This document shows positions 26,699 to 36,344 of a stretch of DNA of 37,881 bases, piece by piece. How positions within the stretch are numbered: the first letter of the stretch is position 1; every line of letters starts with the position of its first letter. Made by a program: the position numbers and the translations under genes. The notes beneath the pieces are model-generated. The model searched no databases. It saw nothing but the letters and a program-made list of their open reading frames with translations, and was not told the DNA's origin. Source of the DNA: a virus (taxonomy: Duplodnaviria; Caudoviricetes); IMG/VR virus record IMGVR_UViG_3300022177_000054, positions 1 through 37,881 of that record. One strand, given 5' to 3'.

Positions 26699-28579
26699 AT
26701 GGCAAGAGACAGCAGCAGTGTAGTTGCAAGAGTGGGTCTCGATGACAGGGGTTTTCAAGAAGGCGTCAGCAAAATCCAAAGGAGCCTAAAGATAGTCCAG
26801 AGCGAATTTGCAGCTGCAAGCTCAAAGCTTGGAGACTTTGGAAAATCGACTGAAGGATTAAAGTTAAAATCAGACAGCCTTAATAAACAAATAGAGCTCC
26901 AAAAGGAAAAGGTAGCGGCATTAAGTAGGAGCTACCAGGAGAGCGTTGAGAAAAAGGGCGCGGACGCCAAGGCCACCGAGAACCTAAAGATTAAGCTGAA
27001 TTATGCTAATGCTGAGCTTGGCAAAATGCAACAGGAGCTCAAGGAGACAACAAACGAGCTCAAGACTAAAAGCTCAGCATGGCACAAGCTCTCAGAAAGC
27101 ATGGACAAAGCTGGAGAAAAGATGAAATCCATGGGCGACAAGATGTACTCTGTGGGCAGCAAGCTATCTACTGCTATCACCTTGCCGATTGTAGGCATAG
27201 GCACCGCCGCCACTAAAATGGCCATGGAAGCAGTTGAATCAGAAAACCTCTTCGAGGTTGCAATGGGAAACATGGCCGTGGAGGCCAGAGCGTGGTCCGA
27301 GGAAACGTCAAAGGCTCTAGGGCTTAACGCATACAGCGTCAGAAATAGCATGGCTACCTATAATGCAATGCTTACATCAATGGGGCTCACATCAGATGAG
27401 TCCTTGAAAATATCGGAGAGCCTGACTCAGCTTTCATATGACATGGCATCTTTTTATAACTTAAAGCCTGAAGAGGCGTTTGAAAAACTAAAGTCAGGTA
27501 TTTCAGGAGAAGCGGAGCCGCTAAAGGCTCTGGGCATCCTGGTTAACGATACAACCATAAAAACATATGCATACACACATGGAATCGCAAAGCAGGGCGA
27601 AGAGCTAACAGAGGCGCAAAAGGTACAGGCAAGGTACGGAGCAATAATGGAGGCCACCAAGAACGCGCAAGGCGACCTGGCCAGGACAATGGACAGCCCC
27701 ACAAACAAGCTCAGAATAATGAAAGAGCAAGCGCAGCAGATAGGTATACAATTTGGCCAGCTTTTAATACCCATCCTTGAAAAGCTTATTGCAGTCATAA
27801 AGCCTCTACTGGATCGCTTCCAAGGGCTCTCTAAAGAGCAACAGGACATGGTAATCAAAATCGCCATGATCTTGGCGGCTATTGGACCGATTATCGCAGT
27901 GATAGGGAAAGTAGTGGCAATCGTCGGGGCTGTATCTTCAGCCTTTGGCGCGGCATCGGGAGCCATAGCAGCAGCCGGAGGTGCATTTGCCATAATAACA
28001 GGCCCCATTGGCATAGCGGTTGGAGTCATAGCAGGGCTTATTGCCATAGGGGTGGCGCTCTATAAAAACTGGAGCACCATAAGGGGAGTTGCATCGACTG
28101 TCTGGAATGGAATAAAAACAGCTATTGAAAATCCGATAAACGCTGCAAAAAACACAGTGAAAAATGCGGTGGATTCAATTCGGAGCTTTTTTAAAAATCT
28201 CAAGATACCGGAGATAAAAATACCCAAGATAAAGCTGCCGCACTTTGAACTCAAGGGAAAATTCAGCCTAAGTCCGCCGCAGGTGCCAAAGCTAAACGTC
28301 AATTGGTACTCAAGCGGAGGCATATTCAGCAGCCCGAGCATTATAGGTGTCGGGGAAGCAGGAAAGGAAGCGGTAGTGCCGATTGACAGGCTGGATGAGA
28401 TCATCGCCAGATCACTTGCAAAGGCAGGAATAAAAGCAGATTTAAATGGACAGGACGGCATTTCAAAAAACAACAGTATCACTAATAACTATGAAATAAC
28501 AATAAACAATCCAAAGCCGGAAGCGGCACCTGATAGCACCAGAAGGGTTCTTCTTCGCCAGTCTTATGGACTAGGGTAA
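26699..28579 (+). CDS. Tape measure protein
   Basis: Ala/Lys-rich helical repeats, hydrophobic Gly/Ala segment, GEAG.EAVVP C-terminus. Confidence 0.92.
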   Translation: MARDSSSVVARVGLDDRGFQEGVSKIQRSLKIVQSEFAAASSKLGDFGKSTEGLKLKSDSLNKQIELQKEKVAALSRSYQESVEKKGADAKATENLKIKLNYANAELGKMQQELKETTNELKTKSSAWHKLSESMDKAGEKMKSMGDKMYSVGSKLSTAITLPIVGIGTAATKMAMEAVESENLFEVAMGNMAVEARAWSEETSKALGLNAYSVRNSMATYNAMLTSMGLTSDESLKISESLTQLSYDMASFYNLKPEEAFEKLKSGISGEAEPLKALGILVNDTTIKTYAYTHGIAKQGEELTEAQKVQARYGAIMEATKNAQGDLARTMDSPTNKLRIMKEQAQQIGIQFGQLLIPILEKLIAVIKPLLDRFQGLSKEQQDMVIKIAMILAAIGPIIAVIGKVVAIVGAVSSAFGAASGAIAAAGGAFAIITGPIGIAVGVIAGLIAIGVALYKNWSTIRGVASTVWNGIKTAIENPINAAKNTVKNAVDSIRSFFKNLKIPEIKIPKIKLPHFELKGKFSLSPPQVPKLNVNWYSSGGIFSSPSIIGVGEAGKEAVVPIDRLDEIIARSLAKAGIKADLNGQDGISKNNSITNNYEITINNPKPEAAPDSTRRVLLRQSYGLG

Positions 28580-28585
28580 CGGGAG

Positions 28586-29401
28586 GTGATCAATATTTCA
28601 GGTCAAAAATGGATCTTTGCAGGAGTTGATTTAAATACAAAAGGCTGGTCAGTCGTTGAAGTGCCTGAGGGAATAGGAACAGTCGGACTTAGAGGCAGCA
28701 ACGTACAAATACCATTCCAAGACGGCAAGCGCTGGATAAAAAAGCGCTATGAAGAAAGGATAGTAATGCTGCCCATGTGGGTTAGAGGACTGGATCCGAT
28801 GACAGGGAAAGTACCAAGCGGAGCAAGTCAGGATGAACAGCTTTATGAGAACATAGACTTTCTAAGCAGGCTGTTTGGCAAAAAAGGAGAGCATATTCTT
28901 AAAAGAATACTCCCAGGTGGATCAGAAAGAGAAGCCATGGCAGAGGTTTATAAGCAGGTAAACTTTGTAAAAAGCATGCCCGGTTATGCCAAGTTTGCTG
29001 TTGAATTATTGCTTTCGGATCCGTTTTTCTATGATGTTCAGAAGAATCGGGAAACACAGACAATCAGCAATGCTTCCCACGAATGGACTCATAACAATCC
29101 GGGAACGGCTCCGGCTACAGATGTTGTAATTACCCTAAGTGGCCCAATGGAATCTCCAAAGCTCGAGTGCCTTGGCAGCAATTTGTGGCTTCAGTTTCAA
29201 GGAAGCGTAGGCAGCGGGGAGAGCGTGGTTATAAATACCGGGGATTTTACGTGCAAGAAGGGATCTTCGAACATGATATCCGCAATAAAGCATGGAGGAG
29301 ATGCATGCTGGTTCATCCTCGATTCGGGATACAACCAGCTACGAATAAGCGGAGCTTCAGGCGGCAGCGTAAAGCTGGAGTATTATCCAGCTTATTTTTA
29401 A
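28586..29401 (+). CDS. Distal tail protein (Dit)-like
   Basis: Follows tape measure; DPFFY, N.GTAP, L..G.N motifs; start uncertain. Confidence 0.8.
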   Translation: MINISGQKWIFAGVDLNTKGWSVVEVPEGIGTVGLRGSNVQIPFQDGKRWIKKRYEERIVMLPMWVRGLDPMTGKVPSGASQDEQLYENIDFLSRLFGKKGEHILKRILPGGSEREAMAEVYKQVNFVKSMPGYAKFAVELLLSDPFFYDVQKNRETQTISNASHEWTHNNPGTAPATDVVITLSGPMESPKLECLGSNLWLQFQGSVGSGESVVINTGDFTCKKGSSNMISAIKHGGDACWFILDSGYNQLRISGASGGSVKLEYYPAYF

Positions 29402-29417
29402 GAAATGAGGTGGTTAA

Positions 29418-30281
29418 ATGTATCCAGTAGTCTTAGAACACAGGATAGCATATGACATAGATGGAACAGAAGTCGGCTATAGGTATATGAGCGATGTTTC
29501 ACTGGCGACTATATTTGGCAACGGCGTGAGCAGCTGGTTAGATAGCCAGAGCAAGCAGAACCTAAACAGAGAGGATCGAGCACAGGAGTGGGGAAAGTAC
29601 GATAATGATCCGGGTCTTGCCTTTTGGTTCTTTTTCCCGGAGCTAAGGGAGATAAACAAAATGGGCATCCAGTATCCTGCTAGTGGAATAAGCAATCCCA
29701 CAGAAAGGCTTATCCAAGGCTCTGTCGATACCACAAACGGCATGGACGGAACCTGGGAAACAGCTGTGTATTCATATCCTACTCCTACTGCTGATTTGGA
29801 CAACTGGAGAGACAGTATGTTTACAATATCCTTCTCAGGTCCGGTCAAAGCACTTAGATTTGGCATAAGGGAGAATTCAGCTGCCGAAATAATAAAGGTA
29901 TGCGGCATTCACATATACGGCAGAAAAGCTGCAGGCGAGCAAGTTGATGACATAGCATTTTGCGATGCCTCGGGAAACGAGCTTACATCGCTAATCGAAT
30001 GGGAGGACAGGCCTGAAGGGACTACGCAGATCAAATCAATCAAGATCAAGAATGCGAGCACGAGCAAAATAGCAAACAACGTAAACCTGCAGCTAAACCA
30101 TTCGGACTTTACCATGGCTTGGTCTCCTGATGGACCGTGGCAGAGCGTTCTAGACATTGCAAGCATAGGCCCTGGAAGCCTAAGCAGCACAGTCTACATC
30201 AGGAACGCCCTGCTGCCTCCGCTGCTTACACTCGGACCAAAGTCAGCCAGGATTATTGCCACAGTCGGCAGCTGGGGATAG
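29418..30281 (+). CDS. Minor tail/baseplate protein, beta-rich, possible carbohydrate-binding module
   Basis: Position in tail-tip cluster; Trp/Gly-rich beta pattern. Confidence 0.6.
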   Translation: MYPVVLEHRIAYDIDGTEVGYRYMSDVSLATIFGNGVSSWLDSQSKQNLNREDRAQEWGKYDNDPGLAFWFFFPELREINKMGIQYPASGISNPTERLIQGSVDTTNGMDGTWETAVYSYPTPTADLDNWRDSMFTISFSGPVKALRFGIRENSAAEIIKVCGIHIYGRKAAGEQVDDIAFCDASGNELTSLIEWEDRPEGTTQIKSIKIKNASTSKIANNVNLQLNHSDFTMAWSPDGPWQSVLDIASIGPGSLSSTVYIRNALLPPLLTLGPKSARIIATVGSWG

Positions 30282-30295
30282 GCAGGTGAACTATT

Positions 30296-33166
30296 ATGGG
30301 ATTACCCGGAATAAATCTGGTTTCGCCAGATGACCTTTACAGCAGCTCGGTTTTAACACTGCACTTTGATGCGACCTATACTGACAGCCTTGATAAGCTT
30401 GTAGTTTCAGAAGTTATCTTAGAAGTAGACAGCGCGAATACCTTTGACAGCGCATACAAAAGAAGCAGTACATTTTATAATGTGGCATCCGGAGCAAATT
30501 GCAGGGCGGCTTTCGCATTGTCAAATGGTACTTGGTTTTGGCGGGTTACAGCCACAAATGCAAGCGGCAGCACCACATCGGAGACACGTTCATTTTCAAT
30601 TAATTATCTCTTGAAGAGAAGCCTGTATCAGATAGAAAACGTGGCGAAATTCGGGCCTGCTTGGACAAGAAAGCGAATGCTCCATCTGTTTGAGAACATT
30701 GCAAAGTATGGCCCGGATTGGAAAAAAGTGCGAGGTCTATACAATTATGAGAACATAACAAGCGATCCACCGTTTCCTTTTATAGAACGCCTATCTACAA
30801 CCAGAGCGGCGAAAGGTGCTATTGTGAGCATTTATGGGAATGGATTTGGTGCAAAGGCTGAGTCTGATCCAACAAATGCCGACAGGGCGGCAAGAGGCTA
30901 TGGCGGGCAGGTATATCTGGGAGAACTGCTTTGCAACGTCATCTCATGGAGCTGGCAGCAGATAGTATTTCAAGTTCCACAAGAAGCAGAAAGCGGTGCT
31001 GTTAAGGTAAGGCTCAGTGCGCCAAGCCCTCCAGGAATACGAGACAGCAATGTCATCGGACTTGAAGTATATGAATCCGAGCCTGCGGATGACATCGGCA
31101 TAGAGCTGTTCGTTTGCGACAAGAATAATCCAAACACAATACTTTGCCAGCTCGATGGAGCAAGAAACAAGTCGTTTCAGGTGCTCCTCAATAATCCCGG
31201 CAGCGGCAAGTTCTCCATAAGCAGATACGATGAAAATGGAGGAAGCAGAGAGTATGTGGCAGACCAAAACTACATCCTCTGCAGGCTCGACGGCATAGAC
31301 TTGTTCAAGTGGATAATAGAAGCGAGAAAGCCTTCATATGTTGACGATAGTGAGCAGCAAATGATAGAGGTGAGTGGCAGAGGAGTCCTTTCCCTGCTAG
31401 AGAGGGCTGTTGTTTATCCTGAAGGAATGCCTAGTCCGCAGACCCTTGAGAGGAGCTTCACCGACATGCATGGCGGGGCGATTCTAAGACAGCTCATCCT
31501 GGAAGCCCAGCAAAGAGGCTGCCTTCCGGGAGTTATCTTGGACTGGTCTGCAGACAAGGATTCTGTGGGCAACCCGTTTGAGGATCTAACGACAATATCC
31601 TTCCATGCTGGAACCCCTATTTCGCAGGTAATAACAAAGCTAAGCGAAGGCATGGGTCTTTTTGACATTGAAATGACGCCAAATCTACATCTGAAACTCT
31701 ACAAAGTCAAAGGCAGTGACAAGTACGACACGGTTAAATATCGGCCTGGCCAGGCAATATTAAGGCATGAAAACCAAAGCGACAGCACCGGAGTGACAAA
31801 CGCCCTGCTTGTGGAAGGCGAAGATGGAAGCCTTGTGGAGACCATGCACCCGACCAGTCAAAACGATTACGGAAGGCGTGAAGGATACCTTCAAGCCAGG
31901 AACATTGCAAGCGATTGGGCGAAGCTTCAAGACTACGGGCAAATGTTTCTAAGAAGCGCGGCTCAGGTTAGCTGGGGCATACAAGGAACAGTTGTTAAAT
32001 TCACTGACTCGCTCGGGAGCAAGCTAAAGCCTTTTGAAACCTTCATGCACGGAGACTGGATTGGCTGGTACATACCTCCGGAAGGAATGGATACTGCAGG
32101 ATTTGATGGTAAGGTGAGAGTCAAGGGAATAACCTGCGAGGAAGACGGCGAAACAGGCCTAATCAGGTATGTGCTTGAGCTCAACAACATAATGCTAGAA
32201 CACGAAATCAAGATGGCACAGCTTGTGGAGCGACTATCCATGTTTACAAAGGACAGCGTGCTGTCAAATCCAGCGACACAGACTCCTGCAAACATCAGCC
32301 ACAATCATACACATTCGACGCTACTTGGCTTGGATGCGGATGATCATCCTCAGTATTACAACGAGGCAAGGCATGCGGCTGATTCACATAGCAGCATACA
32401 AAGAGTATCGAGCCTAAAAAGATCGGGAGGCAATGTGCTTACTGGGGATGTCACACTTGTTGCTGGAAGCAACGTATCTATCTCACAAAACGATGCATTA
32501 AAGAGCATTACAATTTCATCAAGTGGGGGCGGCAGCGGAAGTAGCTATCAGAATCCCATAGACATTCCGCCATCAAATCCTCACAGCATGGATGATGAAT
32601 TTGACGATGAAACAATTGATGCAAGGTGGAACTGGGTAAACCAAGGTTCGGGTTCTGCTACAGAGGAAAAAGGATATTTGAAAATCTTGATTCCAAGCAA
32701 CTCATCGGCACTGGTAAGAGGTGTTGTGCAGGCAGCTCCAAGTGGAGACTTTACTGTCACGGCAAAGCTTTTAGGCAGCGATAAGGTGGGATCGTATTTT
32801 AAATATGGCGTAATTCTTTCGGAATCTCTAACTGGGAAGCAAAAGTTTTTGAACCTCGAATCAACAGCTCTCGACCAATCTCCAAACGTAATGTGGGAGG
32901 ACTACAATACTCCGACAAGCAGAAACACATACTCGCGTTATGGCAAAGGATTCACAGTAGGGTATCTTAGGGCGAAAATCTACAATGACTCTGGAACATG
33001 GAAAGCAAATCTCATGTATTCGCCAAATGGCATAGCCTTCCCAGTGCATGCATCAGGAGTAGCACTGGGATTTAAGCCGGGATATTTAGGGCTTGGAATA
33101 AATAATGAAAATGCTTCGGCAACTTTTGCTGGATATTTTGATTGGATTAGAATCACAGAGCCTTAG
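30296..33166 (+). CDS. Multidomain tail-tip/receptor-binding protein
   Basis: Fn3-like N-terminus, short repeats, IPT/TIG-like segment, Tal-like core, DDHPQY motif, GS linker, lectin-like C-terminus (DEFD...FDWIR). Confidence 0.75.
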   Translation: MGLPGINLVSPDDLYSSSVLTLHFDATYTDSLDKLVVSEVILEVDSANTFDSAYKRSSTFYNVASGANCRAAFALSNGTWFWRVTATNASGSTTSETRSFSINYLLKRSLYQIENVAKFGPAWTRKRMLHLFENIAKYGPDWKKVRGLYNYENITSDPPFPFIERLSTTRAAKGAIVSIYGNGFGAKAESDPTNADRAARGYGGQVYLGELLCNVISWSWQQIVFQVPQEAESGAVKVRLSAPSPPGIRDSNVIGLEVYESEPADDIGIELFVCDKNNPNTILCQLDGARNKSFQVLLNNPGSGKFSISRYDENGGSREYVADQNYILCRLDGIDLFKWIIEARKPSYVDDSEQQMIEVSGRGVLSLLERAVVYPEGMPSPQTLERSFTDMHGGAILRQLILEAQQRGCLPGVILDWSADKDSVGNPFEDLTTISFHAGTPISQVITKLSEGMGLFDIEMTPNLHLKLYKVKGSDKYDTVKYRPGQAILRHENQSDSTGVTNALLVEGEDGSLVETMHPTSQNDYGRREGYLQARNIASDWAKLQDYGQMFLRSAAQVSWGIQGTVVKFTDSLGSKLKPFETFMHGDWIGWYIPPEGMDTAGFDGKVRVKGITCEEDGETGLIRYVLELNNIMLEHEIKMAQLVERLSMFTKDSVLSNPATQTPANISHNHTHSTLLGLDADDHPQYYNEARHAADSHSSIQRVSSLKRSGGNVLTGDVTLVAGSNVSISQNDALKSITISSSGGGSGSSYQNPIDIPPSNPHSMDDEFDDETIDARWNWVNQGSGSATEEKGYLKILIPSNSSALVRGVVQAAPSGDFTVTAKLLGSDKVGSYFKYGVILSESLTGKQKFLNLESTALDQSPNVMWEDYNTPTSRNTYSRYGKGFTVGYLRAKIYNDSGTWKANLMYSPNGIAFPVHASGVALGFKPGYLGLGINNENASATFAGYFDWIRITEP

Positions 33167-33177
33167 GGCTCTTTTTT
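33157..33177 (+). terminator. Intrinsic terminator after tail genes
   Basis: AGAGCC-TTAG-GGCTCT-TTTTT. Confidence 0.8.
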
Positions 33178-33205
33178 ATTTTAGAAAACAAGGGGGGCGA
33201 AACTT

Positions 33206-33607
33206 ATGAAAGACGTTTCAAACTGGAGTCAAATCGCATGCGCTATGATTGGCGCTTACTTAGGTTACTTTTTAGGTGGTTGGGATGGATTCCTTTATGC
33301 CCTGGTTGCTTTTGTAGTCATCGATTACTTAACTGGGGTGATGGTGGCTGTCCTGGAAAAAAGGCTCTCAAGTGAAATCGGCGCAAAAGGCATTTTTAAG
33401 AAAGTGATGTTGTTTGCACTAGTAGCTGTGGCCCACATTGTTGATGCCCAGCTTATCAAATCAGGGAGCACTATTCGCACAGCGGTTATATTCTTTTATT
33501 TGTCAAATGAGGGGATCAGCATACTTGAAAATGCTACAAAGATAGGGCTTCCTATACCTGAAAAGCTTAAAGCTGTTTTAATGCAGCTGAATAAGGAGGA
33601 AAACTGA
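33206..33607 (+). CDS. Holin (phage holin 4 family)
   Basis: LGGWD, DYLTG, NEGISILEN, GLPIP; hydrophobic helices. Confidence 0.93.
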   Translation: MKDVSNWSQIACAMIGAYLGYFLGGWDGFLYALVAFVVIDYLTGVMVAVLEKRLSSEIGAKGIFKKVMLFALVAVAHIVDAQLIKSGSTIRTAVIFFYLSNEGISILENATKIGLPIPEKLKAVLMQLNKEEN

Positions 33608-33608
33608 A

Positions 33609-34322
33609 ATGAAAATTAAAATATACCTTAGCCCATCAAACCAGCCCAATAACAAATACTGCATAGGCAATACCAATGAAAAAGAGCAGATGGAGGATTT
33701 GGCAAAGCGGATAAAGAGCATGCTCGATAGCGAATATGAATGTGAGACTGTTATGGCAACCTTGTCTCTTGGTATTGGCATGGAAGGAAGAGCAAGGGAA
33801 GCCAAAAATAAAGGTTGCGATGTATATCTTGCAATCCATTCCAACGCAGGAAACGGAAAATCGACCGGGGCAGTTGCATTCTACAATCCAGGAAGCGTAT
33901 CGTCAAGAATCCTGGCGACAAACATTGTAAAAGAGCTAGGTGCGATATGCCCCATAAAGTCAAACAGGGGAATTTCAGTCGCAAGCGGGTTGGAACAATT
34001 CAATGGCAAAGGCTACGGAGAAGTAAGAAATCCAGGGGGTCTTGGACTGATAGCAGTGCTTGCTGAAACAGACTTCCACGACAATCCCCATACCGCTAAA
34101 TGGATAATATCAAGTAAAGACGCGATTGGAAGGGCGTATGTAAATGCCATTGTGAGTACGTTCAATATAGCAAGGAAAAAAGAGACAGCGACCGTGGACG
34201 GCGGGAAGGAAGAAAAGCTTTACAAGGTGCAGGTAGGGGCTTTTTCAAACGAATCAAATGCGCAGGCTATGCTTAAAAAGCTCAAGGTGGCGGGATTTGA
34301 GGGCTATGTAAAACATGAGTGA
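33609..34322 (+). CDS. Endolysin: Amidase_3 plus SPOR-like domain
   Basis: AIHSNA, LAETDFHDN; C-terminal YKVQVGAFS...NA. Confidence 0.88.
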   Translation: MKIKIYLSPSNQPNNKYCIGNTNEKEQMEDLAKRIKSMLDSEYECETVMATLSLGIGMEGRAREAKNKGCDVYLAIHSNAGNGKSTGAVAFYNPGSVSSRILATNIVKELGAICPIKSNRGISVASGLEQFNGKGYGEVRNPGGLGLIAVLAETDFHDNPHTAKWIISSKDAIGRAYVNAIVSTFNIARKKETATVDGGKEEKLYKVQVGAFSNESNAQAMLKKLKVAGFEGYVKHE

Positions 34323-34346
34323 ATCTTGACTTTCGGAGGTTAGAAC

Positions 34347-34784
34347 ATGACTGTTGAACAAGAACAAAAGATCAAGCAGATGAGACAGATGGGACAGAGT
34401 TACTCACAGATTGCATCGGATCTGCTTATTTCGATAAATACAGTAAAATCCTACTGCCGGCGAAATAACATTGGCGCTTACAAAATTGAGAAAAAAGAAC
34501 CAATGAAAGAAATAAATACTATCTGCAAGCAATGCAAAAAACCGCTGGAGCAAGGAAGCAAAGGACAGCCAAAAAAATTCTGCTCGGAGGAATGTCGCCG
34601 CGCATGGTGGAAGGCAAATGACAATCAGATTGTTAAAAGTGCATATTATAAGCTTACATGTGCCGAGTGCGGGAAAAGGTTTGAAAGCTATGGCAACAAA
34701 AATCGCAAATTCTGTACACATGCTTGTTACATAAAAAATCGATTCGAGAAAGCGAGGGCTTGCCATGACCAAAGAGCAATTTGA
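34347..34784 (+). CDS. HTH plus zinc-finger protein, paralog B
   Basis: SYSQIA...SINTVKSYCRR; CKQC, FCSEEC, CAEC, FCTHAC. Confidence 0.8.
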   Translation: MTVEQEQKIKQMRQMGQSYSQIASDLLISINTVKSYCRRNNIGAYKIEKKEPMKEINTICKQCKKPLEQGSKGQPKKFCSEECRRAWWKANDNQIVKSAYYKLTCAECGKRFESYGNKNRKFCTHACYIKNRFEKARACHDQRAI

Positions 34785-34920
34785 GCGCGAAAAGAACTAT
34801 AGGATATCGATCGCCATCGCCAAGACAATGCTCTCGAGAAGGATCATAAACGAAAAAGAATACAGCAAAATCGATAAAATGCTTGTTGCTAAATACAACC
34901 CTGTATTCGGCGGTTTGTAA
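34765..34920 (+). CDS. SHOCT-like 51-aa protein (not in ORF track)
   Basis: MTKEQFEREKNYRISIAIAKTMLSRRIINEKEYSKIDKMLVAKYNPVFGGL. Confidence 0.75.
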   Translation: MTKEQFEREKNYRISIAIAKTMLSRRIINEKEYSKIDKMLVAKYNPVFGGL

Positions 34921-34931
34921 GCCTTATTAAG

Positions 34932-34955
34932 CTTGCTATGTATCAAAATCAGAGT
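34932..34955 (+). promoter_or_regulatory. CTTGCTAT-N11-AGAGT motif upstream of the recombinases
   Basis: Same two boxes and same 11-nt spacing as the three cassette leaders. Confidence 0.65.
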
Positions 34956-34985
34956 TAACATGGTGCTTGAAAGGAGGAGCTTTCA

Positions 34986-36344
34986 ATGACCAGAATAATA
35001 AAGAAGATAACGCCTACGGCGCCAAAAGCGCTCATAAAAAAACGCGTTGCAGCTTATGCAAGGGTATCAAGTGGCAAGGATGCAATGTTACAGTCGTTAT
35101 CAGCTCAAATAAGTTACTATAGCGAATTCATTCAAAAGCGTTATGACTGGGAGTATGTAGGGGTTTATGCAGATGAAGCGGCTACAGGAACTAAGGACAG
35201 CAGAAAAGAGTTTCAGCGCCTTATAAGCGACTGTAGAAGTGGCAAAATAGACATGGTCATAACTAAATCAATATCCCGTTTTGCAAGAAATACGGTTACA
35301 ATGCTTGAAACGGTGAGAGAATTAAAGAGCTTGAACGTAGATGTATACTTCGAAAAAGAAAATATTCACTCAATAAGCGGGGATGGAGAGCTGATGCTTA
35401 CCATCCTCTCTTCTTTTGCCCAAGCGGAGAGCCTTTCTGTGAGCGAAAACTGCAAGTGGAGGATTAGAAAGCGCTTTGCAGAAGGGGAGCTTGTCAACCT
35501 GCGCTTCATGTACGGCTACCGAATTGAAAAAGGCATAGTTAAGGTCAACCCGAAGCAGGCTAAGATTGTCCGCATGATTTTTGGCGATTATGTCAGCGGA
35601 CTGGGATGCACAGCGATAGCCAGCAAGCTGCGCAGGCTGGGTGTTAAAAGCCTGAGGGGCGGCATCTGGAACTCGGACATTGTAGCCCAGATAATAAAGA
35701 ACGAAAAATATATGGGTGATGCGCTTCTCCAGAAAAAGCATGTGTCAAACCACCTGACAAAGAAACTCACTGCAAACAAAGACGCCCTTCCCAAATACTA
35801 TGCGGAAGGCACGCACCCGCCAATCATTGACGCGGCAACTTTTCAACTGGCCCAGGAAATCATGGCTGAAAATCGGATCCTCAATGAGGGGAAGAAGGCC
35901 GCAGGAACATACCCGTTCACCTCTAAAATCAAATGCGTCAAGTGTGGGAAAAACTACAAGCGCAAAACCACTCATGGGAAGGCTTTCTGGAACTGCTCGA
36001 CTCATATTAGGTACGGCAAAGAGGCATGCAGGTCAAAGAGAATACCGGAAGGCATATTGCGTGCTGTTGCTGCGGATGTGCTGGGAATGGAGGTGTTTGA
36101 TGAGGCGTCCTTCAAGAGCCGGATAAGGGAGATACAGATACATGCCCCAAACCAGCTTTTATTTGTTTTCAACGATGGATGCACCGTTCAAATGGAATGG
36201 CAGAACAAATCACGCAGCGAAAGCTGGAGCAAAGAAGCAAAGGAGAAGGCTAGGGAGCGCCAGATGAGTATTCAGGAGGGGGGAAAGGAGAATGAGTTCG
36301 GTGCGAGCAGTAAGAATGATACCGGCAACGGCGAGACTTTATGA
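34986..36344 (+). CDS. Large serine recombinase 1
   Basis: AYARVSS catalytic motif, KSISRFARN, recombinase domain, CVKC zinc ribbon. Confidence 0.95.
   Translation: MTRIIKKITPTAPKALIKKRVAAYARVSSGKDAMLQSLSAQISYYSEFIQKRYDWEYVGVYADEAATGTKDSRKEFQRLISDCRSGKIDMVITKSISRFARNTVTMLETVRELKSLNVDVYFEKENIHSISGDGELMLTILSSFAQAESLSVSENCKWRIRKRFAEGELVNLRFMYGYRIEKGIVKVNPKQAKIVRMIFGDYVSGLGCTAIASKLRRLGVKSLRGGIWNSDIVAQIIKNEKYMGDALLQKKHVSNHLTKKLTANKDALPKYYAEGTHPPIIDAATFQLAQEIMAENRILNEGKKAAGTYPFTSKIKCVKCGKNYKRKTTHGKAFWNCSTHIRYGKEACRSKRIPEGILRAVAADVLGMEVFDEASFKSRIREIQIHAPNQLLFVFNDGCTVQMEWQNKSRSESWSKEAKEKARERQMSIQEGGKENEFGASSKNDTGNGETL

Noticed and set aside
32546-33166. Diversity-generating retroelement target in the tail-tip gene
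   Set aside because: No reverse transcriptase in the window and no template repeat noticed.
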